From positions 1 to 61,990 of the forward strand of contig DAOUEN010000069.1 in the NCBI GenBank assembly GCA_034430415.1: a stretch of 61,990 nt of DNA, given 5' to 3'. The position numbers and the translations under genes are program-made. This document shows positions 18,045-29,259 of this stretch, piece by piece (position 1 is the stretch's first letter; every line of letters starts with the position of its first letter). The notes beneath the pieces were generated by a model. It was not told where the DNA came from and did no database searches. It was given only the letters and a program-made list of their open reading frames with translations. The DNA comes from Dehalococcoidia bacterium (GTDB lineage: Bacteria > Chloroflexota > Dehalococcoidia > GIF9 > AB-539-J10).

Positions 18045-19136
18045 TCACACATTGAATAGGAAAGTAACAATGTCTCCATCCTGGACAAGGTAGTCCTTGC
18101 CTTCCATTCTGAGCAAGCCCCTCTTTCGCGCTTCATTCAGGCTGTCACATCTCTCCATATCGCTGTAGCCGATTACTTCAGCACGGATGAATCCTCGCTC
18201 CATGTCGGAATGAACCTTCCCTGCTGCTGTCGACGCTGTGGCGCCACGCGGCACAGTCCACGCTCTCAACTCGCGGGAAGCCGTAGTGAAAAAGGAGATA
18301 AGTCCCAGGAAATGGTAGGAGAGATCAATGACCCTCTCCACTGCAGGCGCGGTCAGTCCCATAGCTCTGCGGAACTCCTCAGCCTCGGGGGCGTCCAGTT
18401 GTTCCAGCTCCGACTCCAGCTTCCCACACTGAGCTATCACTGCAAATTGCGGGTAGGCAGCTCCTATTTCGTCCTCCAAGAGCGAAGCCTGGGCAAGTTG
18501 TCCCTCCCCAATATTCAGAACAACCAGCATGGGCTTCGCAGTGAGAAACTGATAGTGCGATAGGCTCTTCAGGTCATCTTTGGTCAAGTCCTGCTGCCTT
18601 ACTGGCACGTCTGTCTCCAGCGCTGACTTCACCCTCTGCAGCAAAGCTTGTTCTCCTAAATGAACTTCACGCTCTGATGGCCTCGCTCCCTTCAGCGCTA
18701 TCTGCAATTTATCAAGCCTTCTGTCAATGATGGCCAGATCGGAAAAGGCAAGCTCCAAATCCAGTGTGGCCAGGTCCCGCCTGGGGTCAATGCTTCCGTC
18801 AGGGTGGGGGACTCTCTCATCTCCAAAGACGCGAACTACCTGAAGCAAGGCATCAGCCGTGCTCAAATGGCTCAGGAGTTCTCCCCCCAACCCTCCCCTG
18901 CTGCCAAGCCCTCGAGGTGAACCAACCATATCCACATAGTCTACCTCAGCAAGGACAGTCTTCTGGGGATGGAATATGCTCTCCAAGGTTGACAGTCGCG
19001 AATCGGGCACTTTGACCACGCCTATATTCGGCCTCAGAGAAGCAGAATGGGTATCGAGGGCAGCCTTGTTCTTGGTCAAGGCATCGAAGACAGTAGTCTT
19101 CCCGCTCTGGGACAGCCCAACAATAGCAATTCTCAC
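18045..19136 (-). CDS. ychF: ribosome-binding ATPase YchF (Obg-like); preferred start GTG 19136, maximal ORF reaches 19388
   Basis: P-loop GLSQSGKTT immediately after the proposed start. C-terminal TGS-like FIRAEVI...GKDY.VQDGDI..F.FNV. A start at 19136 gives 363 aa. Confidence 0.85.
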   Translation of the reverse strand: MRIAIVGLSQSGKTTVFDALTKNKAALDTHSASLRPNIGVVKVPDSRLSTLESIFHPQKTVLAEVDYVDMVGSPRGLGSRGGLGGELLSHLSTADALLQVVRVFGDERVPHPDGSIDPRRDLATLDLELAFSDLAIIDRRLDKLQIALKGARPSEREVHLGEQALLQRVKSALETDVPVRQQDLTKDDLKSLSHYQFLTAKPMLVVLNIGEGQLAQASLLEDEIGAAYPQFAVIAQCGKLESELEQLDAPEAEEFRRAMGLTAPAVERVIDLSYHFLGLISFFTTASRELRAWTVPRGATASTAAGKVHSDMERGFIRAEVIGYSDMERCDSLNEARKRGLLRMEGKDYLVQDGDIVTFLFNV

Positions 19137-19138
19137 AT

Positions 19139-19207
19139 TCAGTATTCTATCACAGGCACCGCTGCTGTCTTCAGACGAGAGCGGGCATTCCTGTGATAGA
19201 ATACTGA
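19139..19207. promoter_or_regulatory. perfect 18-bp inverted repeat (33-nt spacer) carrying mirrored extended -10 boxes TGATAGAAT for divergent ychF and holA
   Basis: tcagtattctatcacagg (19139-19156) and cctgtgatagaatactga (19190-19207). TAGAAT lies 6 nt before GTG 19209 on the plus strand and 7 nt before GTG 19136 on the minus strand. Confidence 0.5.
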
Positions 19208-19208
19208 G

Positions 19209-20228
19209 GTGTTCTACATCCTGTATGGGGAGGATGATTTCTCCCTGTGGCAAGCTCTGGAGGAAATCAAGGTTAGCTTGGATGACCCACAAATGCTGGC
19301 AGTCAACACTGTTAGGCTTGACGGCCAGAGTCTGACCCTGAATGAACTCAGAAACAACTGTAACACTACCCCTTTCCTGTCTCTGCATCGCCTGGTGGTA
19401 GTCGATGGCCTATTGAAGAGGTTCGAGGCAATGCCAGGTAAGTCACGGTCAGGCAAGAGAGGGGCCAAGACTGGAGTCGGACTTGACATTGGGGAATGGC
19501 AGGACTTGCCTCTGCTCGTGGAGCAAATGCCTCACAGTACCGTACTGGTGATAGCAGATGGCGCGATACGAAGCGCCAATCCACTATTGAATAGGGTCTC
19601 GTCCGCAGCCAAAGTAAAGGTCTTCAACTCGTTGAAGGGTGAGAGGCTAAGGAACTGGATAGGGCAACAGGTAGCCAAGCAGGGTGGTGCCATCACGCCT
19701 CAGGCAGTGAGCCATCTTTGCCAGCTCGTTGGCGGGAATCTCTGGGCAATGAATAACGAGGTCTCAAAGCTAGTTATGTACGCCCAAGGACGGCCAATAA
19801 CCGAGGATGATGTAGGACAACTATCCAGCTACGCCCACGAGACCAGCATCTTCGTCCTGGTGGATGCAGTCCTGGAGGGCCGTAACGCGAAAGCCCAGGA
19901 TCTACTTTGCCGGTTGTGTCAGGAGGGATATTCCGCAGGCCATATCCTGGCCATGATTGCCAGGCAATTCCGCCTAATAGCATTGGTACACGAACTGGGC
20001 TCGGCCCCATCACGGGGACAACTTCGCGGCGAGCTGAGCGCACTGCCAGACTATGCCCTGGACAGAACAACAAGGCAAGCCAGCTCATATGATCCCCAGC
20101 ATCTCCAGCACGCTTACCACAAGCTCGCTGAAGCAGACATGGCCATCAAGACAGGGAGGTGGGACGAGCAGTCAGCTCTTGAACTCCTTGTTGCCGATCT
20201 CAGCATGTCACGAAGCTATGGTTCCTAA
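19209..20228 (+). CDS. holA: DNA polymerase III delta subunit
   Basis: N-terminal FYILYGEDDF, size 339 aa, helical C-terminal domain. GTG start. Confidence 0.82.
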   Translation: MFYILYGEDDFSLWQALEEIKVSLDDPQMLAVNTVRLDGQSLTLNELRNNCNTTPFLSLHRLVVVDGLLKRFEAMPGKSRSGKRGAKTGVGLDIGEWQDLPLLVEQMPHSTVLVIADGAIRSANPLLNRVSSAAKVKVFNSLKGERLRNWIGQQVAKQGGAITPQAVSHLCQLVGGNLWAMNNEVSKLVMYAQGRPITEDDVGQLSSYAHETSIFVLVDAVLEGRNAKAQDLLCRLCQEGYSAGHILAMIARQFRLIALVHELGSAPSRGQLRGELSALPDYALDRTTRQASSYDPQHLQHAYHKLAEADMAIKTGRWDEQSALELLVADLSMSRSYGS

Positions 20229-20349
20229 CCAAGGATTCCATGCTGTGCCGATCAAGCCTGTGTGACAGCTTTTGTGCTATCATAGCTGGTACTTCGGCTT
20301 GGACTCGTGCTGCAAGACACTCTGCAGAACAGAAGAAGGACAACCGCTG

Positions 20350-22977
20350 ATGACTAGCGATGAGGTAAGGGAACGTTTTCTGAGTTTCTTTAAAGGCAAA
20401 GGGCACAAGATCATCCCCAGCTCATCCCTGATTCCCCATGGTGATCCAAGCCTGCTGCTGACAACTGCTGGCATGGTACAAATCAAGCCGTATTTCTTGG
20501 GGCTCGAGGAACCCCCTAGCCCGCGGCTGGTTTCCTGTCAGAAATGCTTTCGCACTACCGATGTTGATTCTGTAGGCGATACAAGTCACTTGACCTTCTT
20601 CGAAATGCTCGGGAATTTCAGCGTGGGTGACTACTTCAAGAAGGAGGCTATTGAGTGGGCGTGGGAATTCGTGACCGAAGACCTGAAGCTGTCACGGGAA
20701 CGGCTATGGGCAACAGTCTATCTCGATGACGACGAGGCCTTCGCCTACTGGCAACGAGTCGGAATCCCTGCCGAGAAGATACTAAGGTTTGGTGACGAAG
20801 ACAACTTCTGGGGTCCGGCTGGCAATTCGGGTCCCTGCGGCCCTTGCAGTGAGCTGCACTATGACCTGGGCGGCGACTTTGGCTGTGGCAGACCCGAATG
20901 CAGACCTAATTGTGGATGCGGCCGCTTTTCCGAGGTATGGAACCTGGTTTTCACCCAGTACGATCAACACTCCGATGGCAGCCGTACTCCTCTGCCCAAA
21001 CCGAATATCGACACTGGCATGGGCATGGAAAGGATTACGGCGGCAGTACAAGGGAGACAGTCGGTTTATGAGACTGACCTCTTCTGGCCCGTTATTGAGG
21101 GGATTAGCCGGTTGGCCGGTAAGACGTATGTCGCGAGCGAGACAAACGACAGGTACATGAGAATAATCGCAGAACACAGTCGGGGCGTTGCCTTTCTCAT
21201 AGCTGATGGCGTTCTACCCTCTAACGAAGGAAGGGGCTACGTTCTGCGCCGCATACTGCGCCGGGCTTCCCTTTTCGGGCGAAGGCTCGGCTTGGACATG
21301 CCCTTCCTCGGACAAATTGCCCAGATAGCAGCTAACAAGATGGCCGATGTCTATCCCGAACTGGTGACCAATGGAAACATGATTATGGAAGTCATAAGGG
21401 CAGAGGAAGACAAGTTCATAGCTACTCTGGAAACGGGGCTCGACCTCGTAGAGGAGCTTGTTGAGAAAGCCCTGAAGGACGGTAAGGAACAGTTAGCAGG
21501 GAAGCAAGTATTCAGGCTCTACGATACCTATGGGTTTCCCAAGGAACTGACTGCTGAAATTGCCAAGGAAAGAGGCTTGACTGTTGATGTTGAGGGCTTT
21601 GAAACTGAGATGGAAGAACAGCGCGCGAAGGCCAGGGCAGGGCACAAGTTCGCGGCTACGCCGACCACAGAAACGGCTCTGGCGGTTGACGTAGAGTTCA
21701 CCGGGCATGAGGCAAGCAGTTCTCAATCCAGAGTGCTGGAACTGAGAGTCATGGGAAAGCCGAAGGAAACTGCATCTCAAGAGGAGAAAGTTGACATAAT
21801 CCTCGATGTGACGCCTTTCTATGGTGAATTGGGAGGACAGGTCGGTGACTCTGGGGAGATGACGGGCGACAGAGGAAAAGTGGCGATCACAGACACCGTG
21901 AGAAACTACTCCGACGTGACAATTCATCAAGGGACGGTCATTGAGGGTAACCTTTCGGTAGGGGATGCAGTGGTGGCGAGAATTGATATTGCGCGTCGTC
22001 TGGATATCGCCCGCAACCACACCGCTACGCACCTGCTTCAAGCTGCCCTGAGAGAAATCCTGGGGAGCCATGTGTATCAGAGGGGTTCGTCGGTGCAGCC
22101 TAGCAGACTCAGATTCGACTTCTCTCACCTAGCAACCATAACCGAAGGACAGTTGGATAGAATTCAAGCATGGGTGAATGAGAAGATACGTGAGAACCTG
22201 CCGGTCAGTGCCAGATCTGTTCCCTATGAAGACGCCATCGCTGAGGGTGCTATCGCTCTCTTTGAAGAGAAATATGGGGGAACAGTCCGGGTATTGGAAA
22301 TCGGAGAGCCGTCAATAAGCAAAGAACTCTGCGGGGGTACTCACGTCAAGTCAACTGGAGAGATCGGCATCTTGCTCATAACCAGCGAAAGCAGCATTGG
22401 TACCGGTCTGCACCGTCTGGAAGCAGTGACCGGAAGAACTGCGGAGTGGTTGATCGCTCAACGCTTCTCCACTCTACAAATGGCAGCCAAGGAATTGGAG
22501 TGTTTGCCCGAGGACGTTTCCAACAAGGCGAAGAGCCTTGCCACTCAACTCGGGCTGGAACGCAAGCGATCCCTGTCTCTAGAAAGGGAACTGTCGCAGG
22601 GAATCACCGAGTACTTGGCCAGTCAGACGAAGAAGATAGACGGAGTGACGGTCGTCACTGCCGAAGTAGCGTCATTGACTATGTCCGTCCTCAGAGAGAT
22701 CGGCGATAAGCTGCGAGACAGATTGGGGAGTGCCGTGGTAGTGCTGGCCAGCGTGTATGAAGGGAAGCCCAGTTTCTTGGCTACGGTTACCCCGGATCTG
22801 GTTACCAGGGGCTTCCACGCCGGACGCATCGTGGAACAGGTGGCCAAAGCTGCTGGTGGTGGTGGGGGAGGCAAAGCAGGCATGGCCCAGGCAGGCGGCA
22901 AAGACCCTCGCAAGATCAAGCAAGCCCTGGGTCTAGTACAAGACATCATCGCAGACGAAGCACGGCAAGCACGATAG
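20350..22977 (+). CDS. alaS: alanine--tRNA ligase
   Basis: MTSDEVRERFLSFFKGKGH start, FEMLGNFS, editing-domain HTATHLL...CGGTH, C-terminal DHHA1 with a GGGGGK tail. The listed ORF start 20272 is probably too far upstream. Confidence 0.96.
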   Translation: MTSDEVRERFLSFFKGKGHKIIPSSSLIPHGDPSLLLTTAGMVQIKPYFLGLEEPPSPRLVSCQKCFRTTDVDSVGDTSHLTFFEMLGNFSVGDYFKKEAIEWAWEFVTEDLKLSRERLWATVYLDDDEAFAYWQRVGIPAEKILRFGDEDNFWGPAGNSGPCGPCSELHYDLGGDFGCGRPECRPNCGCGRFSEVWNLVFTQYDQHSDGSRTPLPKPNIDTGMGMERITAAVQGRQSVYETDLFWPVIEGISRLAGKTYVASETNDRYMRIIAEHSRGVAFLIADGVLPSNEGRGYVLRRILRRASLFGRRLGLDMPFLGQIAQIAANKMADVYPELVTNGNMIMEVIRAEEDKFIATLETGLDLVEELVEKALKDGKEQLAGKQVFRLYDTYGFPKELTAEIAKERGLTVDVEGFETEMEEQRAKARAGHKFAATPTTETALAVDVEFTGHEASSSQSRVLELRVMGKPKETASQEEKVDIILDVTPFYGELGGQVGDSGEMTGDRGKVAITDTVRNYSDVTIHQGTVIEGNLSVGDAVVARIDIARRLDIARNHTATHLLQAALREILGSHVYQRGSSVQPSRLRFDFSHLATITEGQLDRIQAWVNEKIRENLPVSARSVPYEDAIAEGAIALFEEKYGGTVRVLEIGEPSISKELCGGTHVKSTGEIGILLITSESSIGTGLHRLEAVTGRTAEWLIAQRFSTLQMAAKELECLPEDVSNKAKSLATQLGLERKRSLSLERELSQGITEYLASQTKKIDGVTVVTAEVASLTMSVLREIGDKLRDRLGSAVVVLASVYEGKPSFLATVTPDLVTRGFHAGRIVEQVAKAAGGGGGGKAGMAQAGGKDPRKIKQALGLVQDIIADEARQAR

Positions 22978-22978
22978 T

Positions 22979-23434
22979 ATGGCCAAGGTCAGAATGCGCA
23001 GCTTAGGATTGGATATCGGAGAAAAGAGAACAGGCGTGGCCATAAGTGACCCGCAGGGAAGATTCGCACTTCCCCTAACGGTGATCAGCCATAACAGAGA
23101 AGACGCCGCTCTTAATGATATTGTGAAGCTCGCCAGGCAGTACGACATAGAGCAAATCATAGTCGGTTTGCCTTACTCATTGAACGGCAGCCTTGGCCAG
23201 CAAGCTCATAAGGTCAAAGCCTTGGCACAGCGGCTTTCCTCTTTGGCCGGGCTGGACGTAGAACTGTGGGACGAGCGTCTATCCACCGTAGCTGCTGATC
23301 GGTTGCTGACCGAGGCGGGTGTTAAGAAAGCCAAAAAGAAACAGCACAGAGATGCAATAGCGGCGGCGATTGTGTTGCAGGGATTTCTCGATAGCCTTGA
23401 CAGCCAACCCTCATGCGAGGGTGGCCTGAGCTAG
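22979..23434 (+). CDS. ruvX: Holliday-junction resolvase-like nuclease RuvX/YqgF
   Basis: LGLDIGEKRTGVAISD, VGLP....G and DERLST motifs. Confidence 0.9.
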   Translation: MAKVRMRSLGLDIGEKRTGVAISDPQGRFALPLTVISHNREDAALNDIVKLARQYDIEQIIVGLPYSLNGSLGQQAHKVKALAQRLSSLAGLDVELWDERLSTVAADRLLTEAGVKKAKKKQHRDAIAAAIVLQGFLDSLDSQPSCEGGLS

Positions 23435-23473
23435 CTTCTGCTGTGACACCCGACGAGCCGACCTGAATCTGAA

Positions 23474-24697
23474 CTATGCCATCAAGTCCCTTCCGAAGAT
23501 CTGCCTTGCTATCACCCACTTCTGTACCTCGTTGGTACCCTCATATATCCGTGCTGTGACAGAATCCCGGTAGATTTGCTCCACCTTATAGGTGGACTTG
23601 TCGGCAGCCAATTGATTCATGAATCCATAGCCTCCGAATATCTGCACGGCATCTCCAGCTATGTCACTCGCTACCTCTGTGGCAAAGTACTTCGCCATCG
23701 CGGTCTCAGGCTCAGGAAACTCTACTCCCTGGTCGTGCCGGCAAGCAGCCTTATAGCAAAGGTTGCGAGCAGTCTCTATCTGTGTAGCCCACTCAGCCAG
23801 CTTGAACTGCCAGTACTGATGTTGGGCGATTTTTTTCCCAAACAATTCACGTTTCTTCATGTAGTCAACGGATACATCGAAGGCTGCTTGCGCCATACCG
23901 ACCCCGGTGGCAGCAATTACTATTCTGCCGCGCGTCAGGGAGCCCAGCGCAATATGCAGGCCTTTGCCAGTGCTCCAGATGAGGTTCTCTTCGGGAACTT
24001 CGACATCATCAAAACAAATGTCGGCGGTGAGACATGCCTTAATGCCCATCTTCCTATCAGGCTTTCCCACCCTAACTCCCCTTTGGTGCAGGTCGACCAC
24101 GAACATGCTTAGGGTTCCATCAGTCTTGCAGAGAATCGAGCCAAAGTCGGCCACTGGAGCATTGACTATGAAACGCTTCCTGCCATTAATAATCCATCTG
24201 TTTTCTCTCCTGGTAGCAGTTGTCTTGACTGTGCTCACACTCAAGTCACTGCCAGCCTCTGGCTCGGTAATACCGAAGCAGGCGATCTTCTCTCCTCTAG
24301 CCAGGGGGACCAGGTATTCCCTCTGTAGTCCTTTAGAGGCATACACTAGCGAGGAGCCAGGCAGTACACACTGGCAGTCATAGATGGCTGCGACGCTGTT
24401 GCTTGCGTAGGCCAACTCCTCCTCCACAACGGCTGCAGCCCACGTGGGATGCTTCAGCCCTCTCCCCCCACATTCCGTCAAGAAGGGTATCTGGAAAAGT
24501 CCCTGTTTGGCCATCTTGCGGAAGACCCCTGTCGGGAAGCTCTCCCCTGACTCCTCTTGGGAATCAAAGACATGTGCTTGCGGCTCAACCTCTTTCTCCG
24601 CAAACTCCCTTACTTCTGCCCGCACCCTCCTGACATCTTCCGGCAAAGTGACATCGTGGTAGAGAACGTCTTGCAGCTTCTCTGGTAGCTCTGACAA
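23474..24697 (-). CDS. acyl-CoA dehydrogenase family protein
   Basis: GITEPEAGSD, typical three-domain length, C-terminal Y.DS...RIYEGTNE.Q. AGGAGG RBS before the TTG start. Confidence 0.88.
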   Translation of the reverse strand: MSELPEKLQDVLYHDVTLPEDVRRVRAEVREFAEKEVEPQAHVFDSQEESGESFPTGVFRKMAKQGLFQIPFLTECGGRGLKHPTWAAAVVEEELAYASNSVAAIYDCQCVLPGSSLVYASKGLQREYLVPLARGEKIACFGITEPEAGSDLSVSTVKTTATRRENRWIINGRKRFIVNAPVADFGSILCKTDGTLSMFVVDLHQRGVRVGKPDRKMGIKACLTADICFDDVEVPEENLIWSTGKGLHIALGSLTRGRIVIAATGVGMAQAAFDVSVDYMKKRELFGKKIAQHQYWQFKLAEWATQIETARNLCYKAACRHDQGVEFPEPETAMAKYFATEVASDIAGDAVQIFGGYGFMNQLAADKSTYKVEQIYRDSVTARIYEGTNEVQKWVIARQIFGRDLMA

Positions 24698-24808
24698 CTT
24701 AGCCTCCTGCTTTCAAATTCAGCCCTTTTGCTTTACAATATCGTCATACTCGGTGTCAGTCAAGGCTGGCCCGGTGGGTTGCTGTTACTGAAACTGAAGG
24801 AGAGATCT

Positions 24809-25330
24809 ATGAAGGTGCCCTATGGAGGCTCGAAGGAGGAGATTCTGAAGCGCGTCTCAAAGAAAGCCGGAGACTATGAAGAGCTTTCCGTTAATTGCGC
24901 TCAAGGTACGCTTGCTGCACTGCAGGAGGAATTCGACCTTGGTGGAGGAAAGGGCCCGCTAAAGGCAGCAACATTCATGCCGGGTATTATGAGCAGGAAG
25001 GAGACGTGCGGCGCAGTCATAGGAGGCCTCATGGCACTGGGGCTGGCCTACGGAAGGGACAAGCTTTACGATCCAAAATGGAGGACACCCGAAGCAAACG
25101 AGGAGATGTTCAGATTCAGAGACAAGGTGTGGAGATTCTGCGAGCTGTTCAAGAAGGAGTTCGGTAGCACGATGTGCGGTGATATTCGTCCCCAGATAAT
25201 GGGCAGAGACTACGACACCATGGACATGAAGGAGCGCCAGCAGTTCCTGGAGGACGGGGGCAAAACAAAATGCCGGGTTCCGCCCGAGAAGGCTGCCCGG
25301 ATTGCTGCTGAGATACTGCTGGAGCCGTAA
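24809..25330 (+). CDS. C_GCAxxG_C_C family protein
   Basis: NCAQGTLAAL and ETCGAVIGGLMALG motifs plus later Cys residues. GAAGGAGAG RBS before ATG 24809. Confidence 0.75.
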   Translation: MKVPYGGSKEEILKRVSKKAGDYEELSVNCAQGTLAALQEEFDLGGGKGPLKAATFMPGIMSRKETCGAVIGGLMALGLAYGRDKLYDPKWRTPEANEEMFRFRDKVWRFCELFKKEFGSTMCGDIRPQIMGRDYDTMDMKERQQFLEDGGKTKCRVPPEKAARIAAEILLEP

Positions 25331-25456
25331 CCGAGCGGCCTCCAGTGATAACTTCACCGAGACTCTGATCTCTTATTGGGAAATATGTCGGCATCCCCTT
25401 CGGCGGGAGTCCGTCGGCGAAGTGGTATTGCCAGGGAATCAGGTCGCCCGCAGCAA

Positions 25457-25485
25457 TTGAGTGGACTATGCCCATAGGCTATAAT
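25457..25485 (+). promoter_or_regulatory. candidate promoter TTGAGT-17-TATAAT upstream of aspS
   Basis: Hexamers at 25457-25462 and 25480-25485. Confidence 0.5.
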
Positions 25486-25516
25486 CGCTAGGCAGGCTAA
25501 GCACCGAGGTCGTTTT

Positions 25517-27310
25517 TTGCTTAAAACCCATAGCTGTGGTGAATTAGACAGAGGCCATGTCGGCCAGAGTGTAACTTTGGCTGGTTGGGTACACCGCCGT
25601 CGCGACCACGGTGGCCTGGCATTTATCGACCTGAGGGACAGCAAGGGCATCGTCCAGGTAGTATTCAGCCCGCAAGAGTCTGCAGAGGCATATCGGGTCG
25701 CCAGTCTGCTGCGGAGTGAGTATGTGGTTCAGGTCCTGGGACAAGTCGCCTTGCGACCCAGCGGGACAGAAAACCCCAAATTGACTACCGGAGACATTGA
25801 GGTCGTGGCCAAGAATGCAGTCATCCTCAATACATCGACTACGCCGCCATTCTATATCAATGAAGATGTAGAGGTTGAGGAGAGTCTCTGTCTCAAGAAC
25901 CGCTACCTGTACTTAAGAAGGGCCAGAATGCAGCGAAACCTGGGCCTGCGTCACAGGCTGGTTAAGTTCATCCGGGATTTCCTCGATGCCAGGGAATTTC
26001 TGGAGATAGAAACCCCTATCTTGATCAAGAGCACTCCCGAAGGAGCCAGAGACTATCTTGTCCCCAGCCGTCTGAACCCCGGCAAATTCTATGCCCTGCC
26101 ACAGTCTCCCCAGCAGCTCAAGCAACTCCTCATGATTGCTGGGTTTGAGAGATACTTTCAGATAGCGCGCTGCTTTCGAGACGAGGACTTGAGGGCCGAC
26201 CGTCAGCCGGAGTTCACACAGCTTGACCTGGAGGCAAGTTTCGTTGAGGAGAGGGACATTCTGCAACTTATGGAGGAGCTGTTTACATCGCTGCTGCATA
26301 TAATCAAGCCGGAGATGCAGTTGCTAGAGCCATTCCCCTGCCTCTCATACGCAGAGGCAATGGAGAAATACGGCACGGATAAACCAGACGTCAGGTTTGG
26401 CCTGGAGCTCACAGATATCACAGATATCGCTGGTGAGACCAATTTCGATGTCTTTCGCTCAGCCATTGATAAGAACGGAAAGGTGAAGGGGATATGTGTT
26501 CCAGGCTGTAACCAGTACACCCGTCATCAGCTCGGTGAGCTGATTAGCCTGGCTCAAAGCTACGGTGCCAAGGGACTAATCACAGTAGGCCTGCCAGAAG
26601 GAGCTCTGGTATTGGACAGGGTAAGATCAGCAATTGCCAAGTACTTGACTGAAGAGCAAATGGCAGATATCGCCGGCAGATTCAAGGCCAAGCCCGGTGA
26701 TCTTCTACTCCTCGTGGCCGACAAACCCGAGATAGTCGACAGGACACTAGCTCAGCTACGCAGCGAAATGGCACGCCGACTCGGTCTGGCCAGCAACCTC
26801 CTGTTGGGGTTCGCTTTCATTGTTGACTTCCCTCTATTCGAATGGAACGAAGTAGCGAACCAATGGGAGACTATGCACCACCCATTCACCGCTCCCCAAG
26901 AGAAAGACACAGCGTTTCTCGACACAGAGCCAAGCATGGTACACGGCCGCCACTACGATGTTGTGTGCAACGGATGTGAACTTGGCAGCGGAAGCATCAG
27001 GGTTCATGAGCGCCACCTCCAAGAAAGGATATTCTCACTCCTGGGCTACAGCCAGACGGACATGGAGAGCCAATTCGGGCATTTCCTCGCCGCGTTGGAT
27101 TGTGGAGCCCCGCCTCACGGAGGCATAGCCATTGGGCTGGACCGCCTGACAATGTTGCTGACCAATGAGAGCAGCATCAGGGAAGTGATTGCCTTTCCCA
27201 AGAACCAGAATGCCGTAGACCCAATGTTCGATACTCCATCACCCGTGAGCGGCGAACAGCTTGCCGAATTGAACCTCAAGCTAAGGTACAAGCGAATTGC
27301 TGCCGAGTAG
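25517..27310 (+). CDS. aspS: aspartate--tRNA ligase (bacterial type, with insertion domain)
   Basis: [23 protein letters not shown] fold, class II motifs [14 protein letters not shown] and [12 protein letters not shown] start with a GAGGT RBS. Confidence 0.96.
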   Translation: MLKTHSCGELDRGHVGQSVTLAGWVHRRRDHGGLAFIDLRDSKGIVQVVFSPQESAEAYRVASLLRSEYVVQVLGQVALRPSGTENPKLTTGDIEVVAKNAVILNTSTTPPFYINEDVEVEESLCLKNRYLYLRRARMQRNLGLRHRLVKFIRDFLDAREFLEIETPILIKSTPEGARDYLVPSRLNPGKFYALPQSPQQLKQLLMIAGFERYFQIARCFRDEDLRADRQPEFTQLDLEASFVEERDILQLMEELFTSLLHIIKPEMQLLEPFPCLSYAEAMEKYGTDKPDVRFGLELTDITDIAGETNFDVFRSAIDKNGKVKGICVPGCNQYTRHQLGELISLAQSYGAKGLITVGLPEGALVLDRVRSAIAKYLTEEQMADIAGRFKAKPGDLLLLVADKPEIVDRTLAQLRSEMARRLGLASNLLLGFAFIVDFPLFEWNEVANQWETMHHPFTAPQEKDTAFLDTEPSMVHGRHYDVVCNGCELGSGSIRVHERHLQERIFSLLGYSQTDMESQFGHFLAALDCGAPPHGGIAIGLDRLTMLLTNESSIREVIAFPKNQNAVDPMFDTPSPVSGEQLAELNLKLRYKRIAAE

Positions 27311-27325
27311 AGCCCGAACAGACCG

Positions 27326-28639
27326 ATGAAAGTAACTGTTGAGAAGATGGAGCGGTGCCAGGCAGCACTTACCATCGAGATTGAACCCGGTGAGCTGGAA
27401 GAGTCGCGCACTGCAGCCTACCGTCGCCTGGCCAGCAAGACCTCTATCGCCGGCTTCCGCAAGGGGAAAGCACCACGAGCCATCCTCGAGCAACATCTGG
27501 GCAGGGATACCTTGACCCAAGAGGCACTTGAGCATCTCATACCGCAGCTCTACAAGCAGGCCGTGGAGTCACAGGGGTTAGAGCCTATCGCTTCGCCGCA
27601 AATAGAGATCACTCAAGACGACCCTGTGGTCTTCCGAGCCACCCTCCCCCTCAAGCCGAAGGTCGAACTGGGCGACTATCACAGCATCAGGCTGAAACCG
27701 GAGCCAGTAGCGATTGGCGACAAGGAAGTCGAGGCAGCGCTGGAAGGAATTCGCCATGAGCAGGCCATTCTGAGGCCTGTGGACCGGCCAGTTCAGTTTG
27801 ATGACTCCGTTACTCTGGATATCGAGGCAAGTATAGAGGGCACGCCGATCCTAAGCCATAAGGGAGTAGCGTACGAAGTCAGTCGCAACTCCACCCTGCC
27901 TCTGCCGGGGTTTGCCGACAATGTCGTCGGAATGGAGAAGAACCAGGAAAAGGTCTTCACTCTCAGCATCCCCAAAGACCACCGTGTAGAGAAGTTCTCC
28001 GGTAAGGAATGCCTCTGCAAAGCAAGCGTGAGCGAAGTGAAAGAGAAGGAGCTGCCCGAGCTAGGCGACGAGTTGGCGCAGAGCATGGGCCACGACGGCC
28101 TGGCATCCTTAAGGCAAAGGGTGACCGCCGATTTGACAGCCAGAGCTGAAGACAATAGCCACACAGAACTCAGACAGAGAGCACTCGTGGCCCTGGTGGA
28201 GCTCAGTTCTGTGGACTACCCTCCCATCCTAGAACGGAGGGAAATCGAGCAACTGCTTCAGGATGAAGCTCGACGCTTCGGCTACATTCAAGTGGAAGAC
28301 TTCATCAAGAGAGCCAGCAAGACCAGAGAGGAACTTGAGCAGCAATTGCAGCCAGTGGCCAAGAAGCGCGTCACCAACGCTCTGGTTCTGGATAAGGTAG
28401 CTGAGCACGAAGCGATTGAAATCAGCCCTTCCGAGGTAGATAATAGGGTGGAGGAGGTACAGAAGAACTCTGCGGACAAGGAGGAAGTACGGCAGTTTCT
28501 CTCTCTGCCCCAGGTCAGGGAATCAATCGAGCAGTCACTGCGCACTGAGAAGACACTGGATAGGCTGGTGCAGATGGCAAGTGAGAGTAAGAGAGCAAGG
28601 AGAGCAGGCCGTTCTTCAAAGAAGTTGGACGCGCAATAA
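27326..28639 (+). CDS. tig: trigger factor
   Basis: GFRKGKAP ribosome-binding signature and a central PPIase-like region. Located in the tig-clpP context. Confidence 0.93.
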   Translation: MKVTVEKMERCQAALTIEIEPGELEESRTAAYRRLASKTSIAGFRKGKAPRAILEQHLGRDTLTQEALEHLIPQLYKQAVESQGLEPIASPQIEITQDDPVVFRATLPLKPKVELGDYHSIRLKPEPVAIGDKEVEAALEGIRHEQAILRPVDRPVQFDDSVTLDIEASIEGTPILSHKGVAYEVSRNSTLPLPGFADNVVGMEKNQEKVFTLSIPKDHRVEKFSGKECLCKASVSEVKEKELPELGDELAQSMGHDGLASLRQRVTADLTARAEDNSHTELRQRALVALVELSSVDYPPILERREIEQLLQDEARRFGYIQVEDFIKRASKTREELEQQLQPVAKKRVTNALVLDKVAEHEAIEISPSEVDNRVEEVQKNSADKEEVRQFLSLPQVRESIEQSLRTEKTLDRLVQMASESKRARRAGRSSKKLDAQ

Positions 28640-28653
28640 ACAAAGGAGGAACG

Positions 28654-29259
28654 ATGGACGCAGTGTCTCAAGTAGTGATTCCTACAGTAACTGAAACCGG
28701 TACGCGGGGCGAACGCGCCTTTGACATATATTCCCTGTTGCTAAAGGAGAGGATTGTCTTTCTGGGCACACCCATCAATGACCAAATAGCCAATCTTGTG
28801 GTCGCCCAGCTTCTCTACCTGGAGCGCGAAGACCCGGAGAAGGACATAAGTCTCTATATCCATTGCCCTGGTGGAGTAATTAGCGCTGGCCTTGCCATCT
28901 ACGATACCATACAGCTTCTTCGGAGCCCTGTGTCCACCATTTGCGTTGGCCTGGCCGCCAGCATGGGCACGCTGCTACTCTGTGCTGGAGCCAAGGGGAA
29001 GAGGTATTCATTGCCCAATTCCACCATCCACCTTCACCAGGCGATCGGTGGTGCCCAGGGTCAGGCGGCGGACGTCGAAATCGCTGCCCGTGAAATCATG
29101 AGGATGCAGGAGAGGATTCGTGATATCATAGCCAAACACACAGGCCAGCCGGTAGAGAAGATCGCCCATGACACAGACAGGGACTTCTACCTGAGTGCGG
29201 AGCAGGCTGTGGAATACGGACTGATCGACGAGATACTTACCAAGCCGGAGAAGAAATGA
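28654..29259 (+). CDS. clpP: ATP-dependent Clp protease proteolytic subunit
   Basis: Catalytic-triad context GLAASMG (Ser) and IHLHQ (His), plus the conserved N-terminal ERAFDIYS. Confidence 0.96.
   Translation: MDAVSQVVIPTVTETGTRGERAFDIYSLLLKERIVFLGTPINDQIANLVVAQLLYLEREDPEKDISLYIHCPGGVISAGLAIYDTIQLLRSPVSTICVGLAASMGTLLLCAGAKGKRYSLPNSTIHLHQAIGGAQGQAADVEIAAREIMRMQERIRDIIAKHTGQPVEKIAHDTDRDFYLSAEQAVEYGLIDEILTKPEKK

Noticed and set aside
19137-19388. An 84-aa N-terminal extension of ychF implied by the maximal ORF (ATG 19388).
   Set aside because: The extension overlaps the holA coding region on the opposite strand and has no similarity to YchF N-termini. The P-loop should be near the N-terminus. 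GTG 19136 gives the canonical length.
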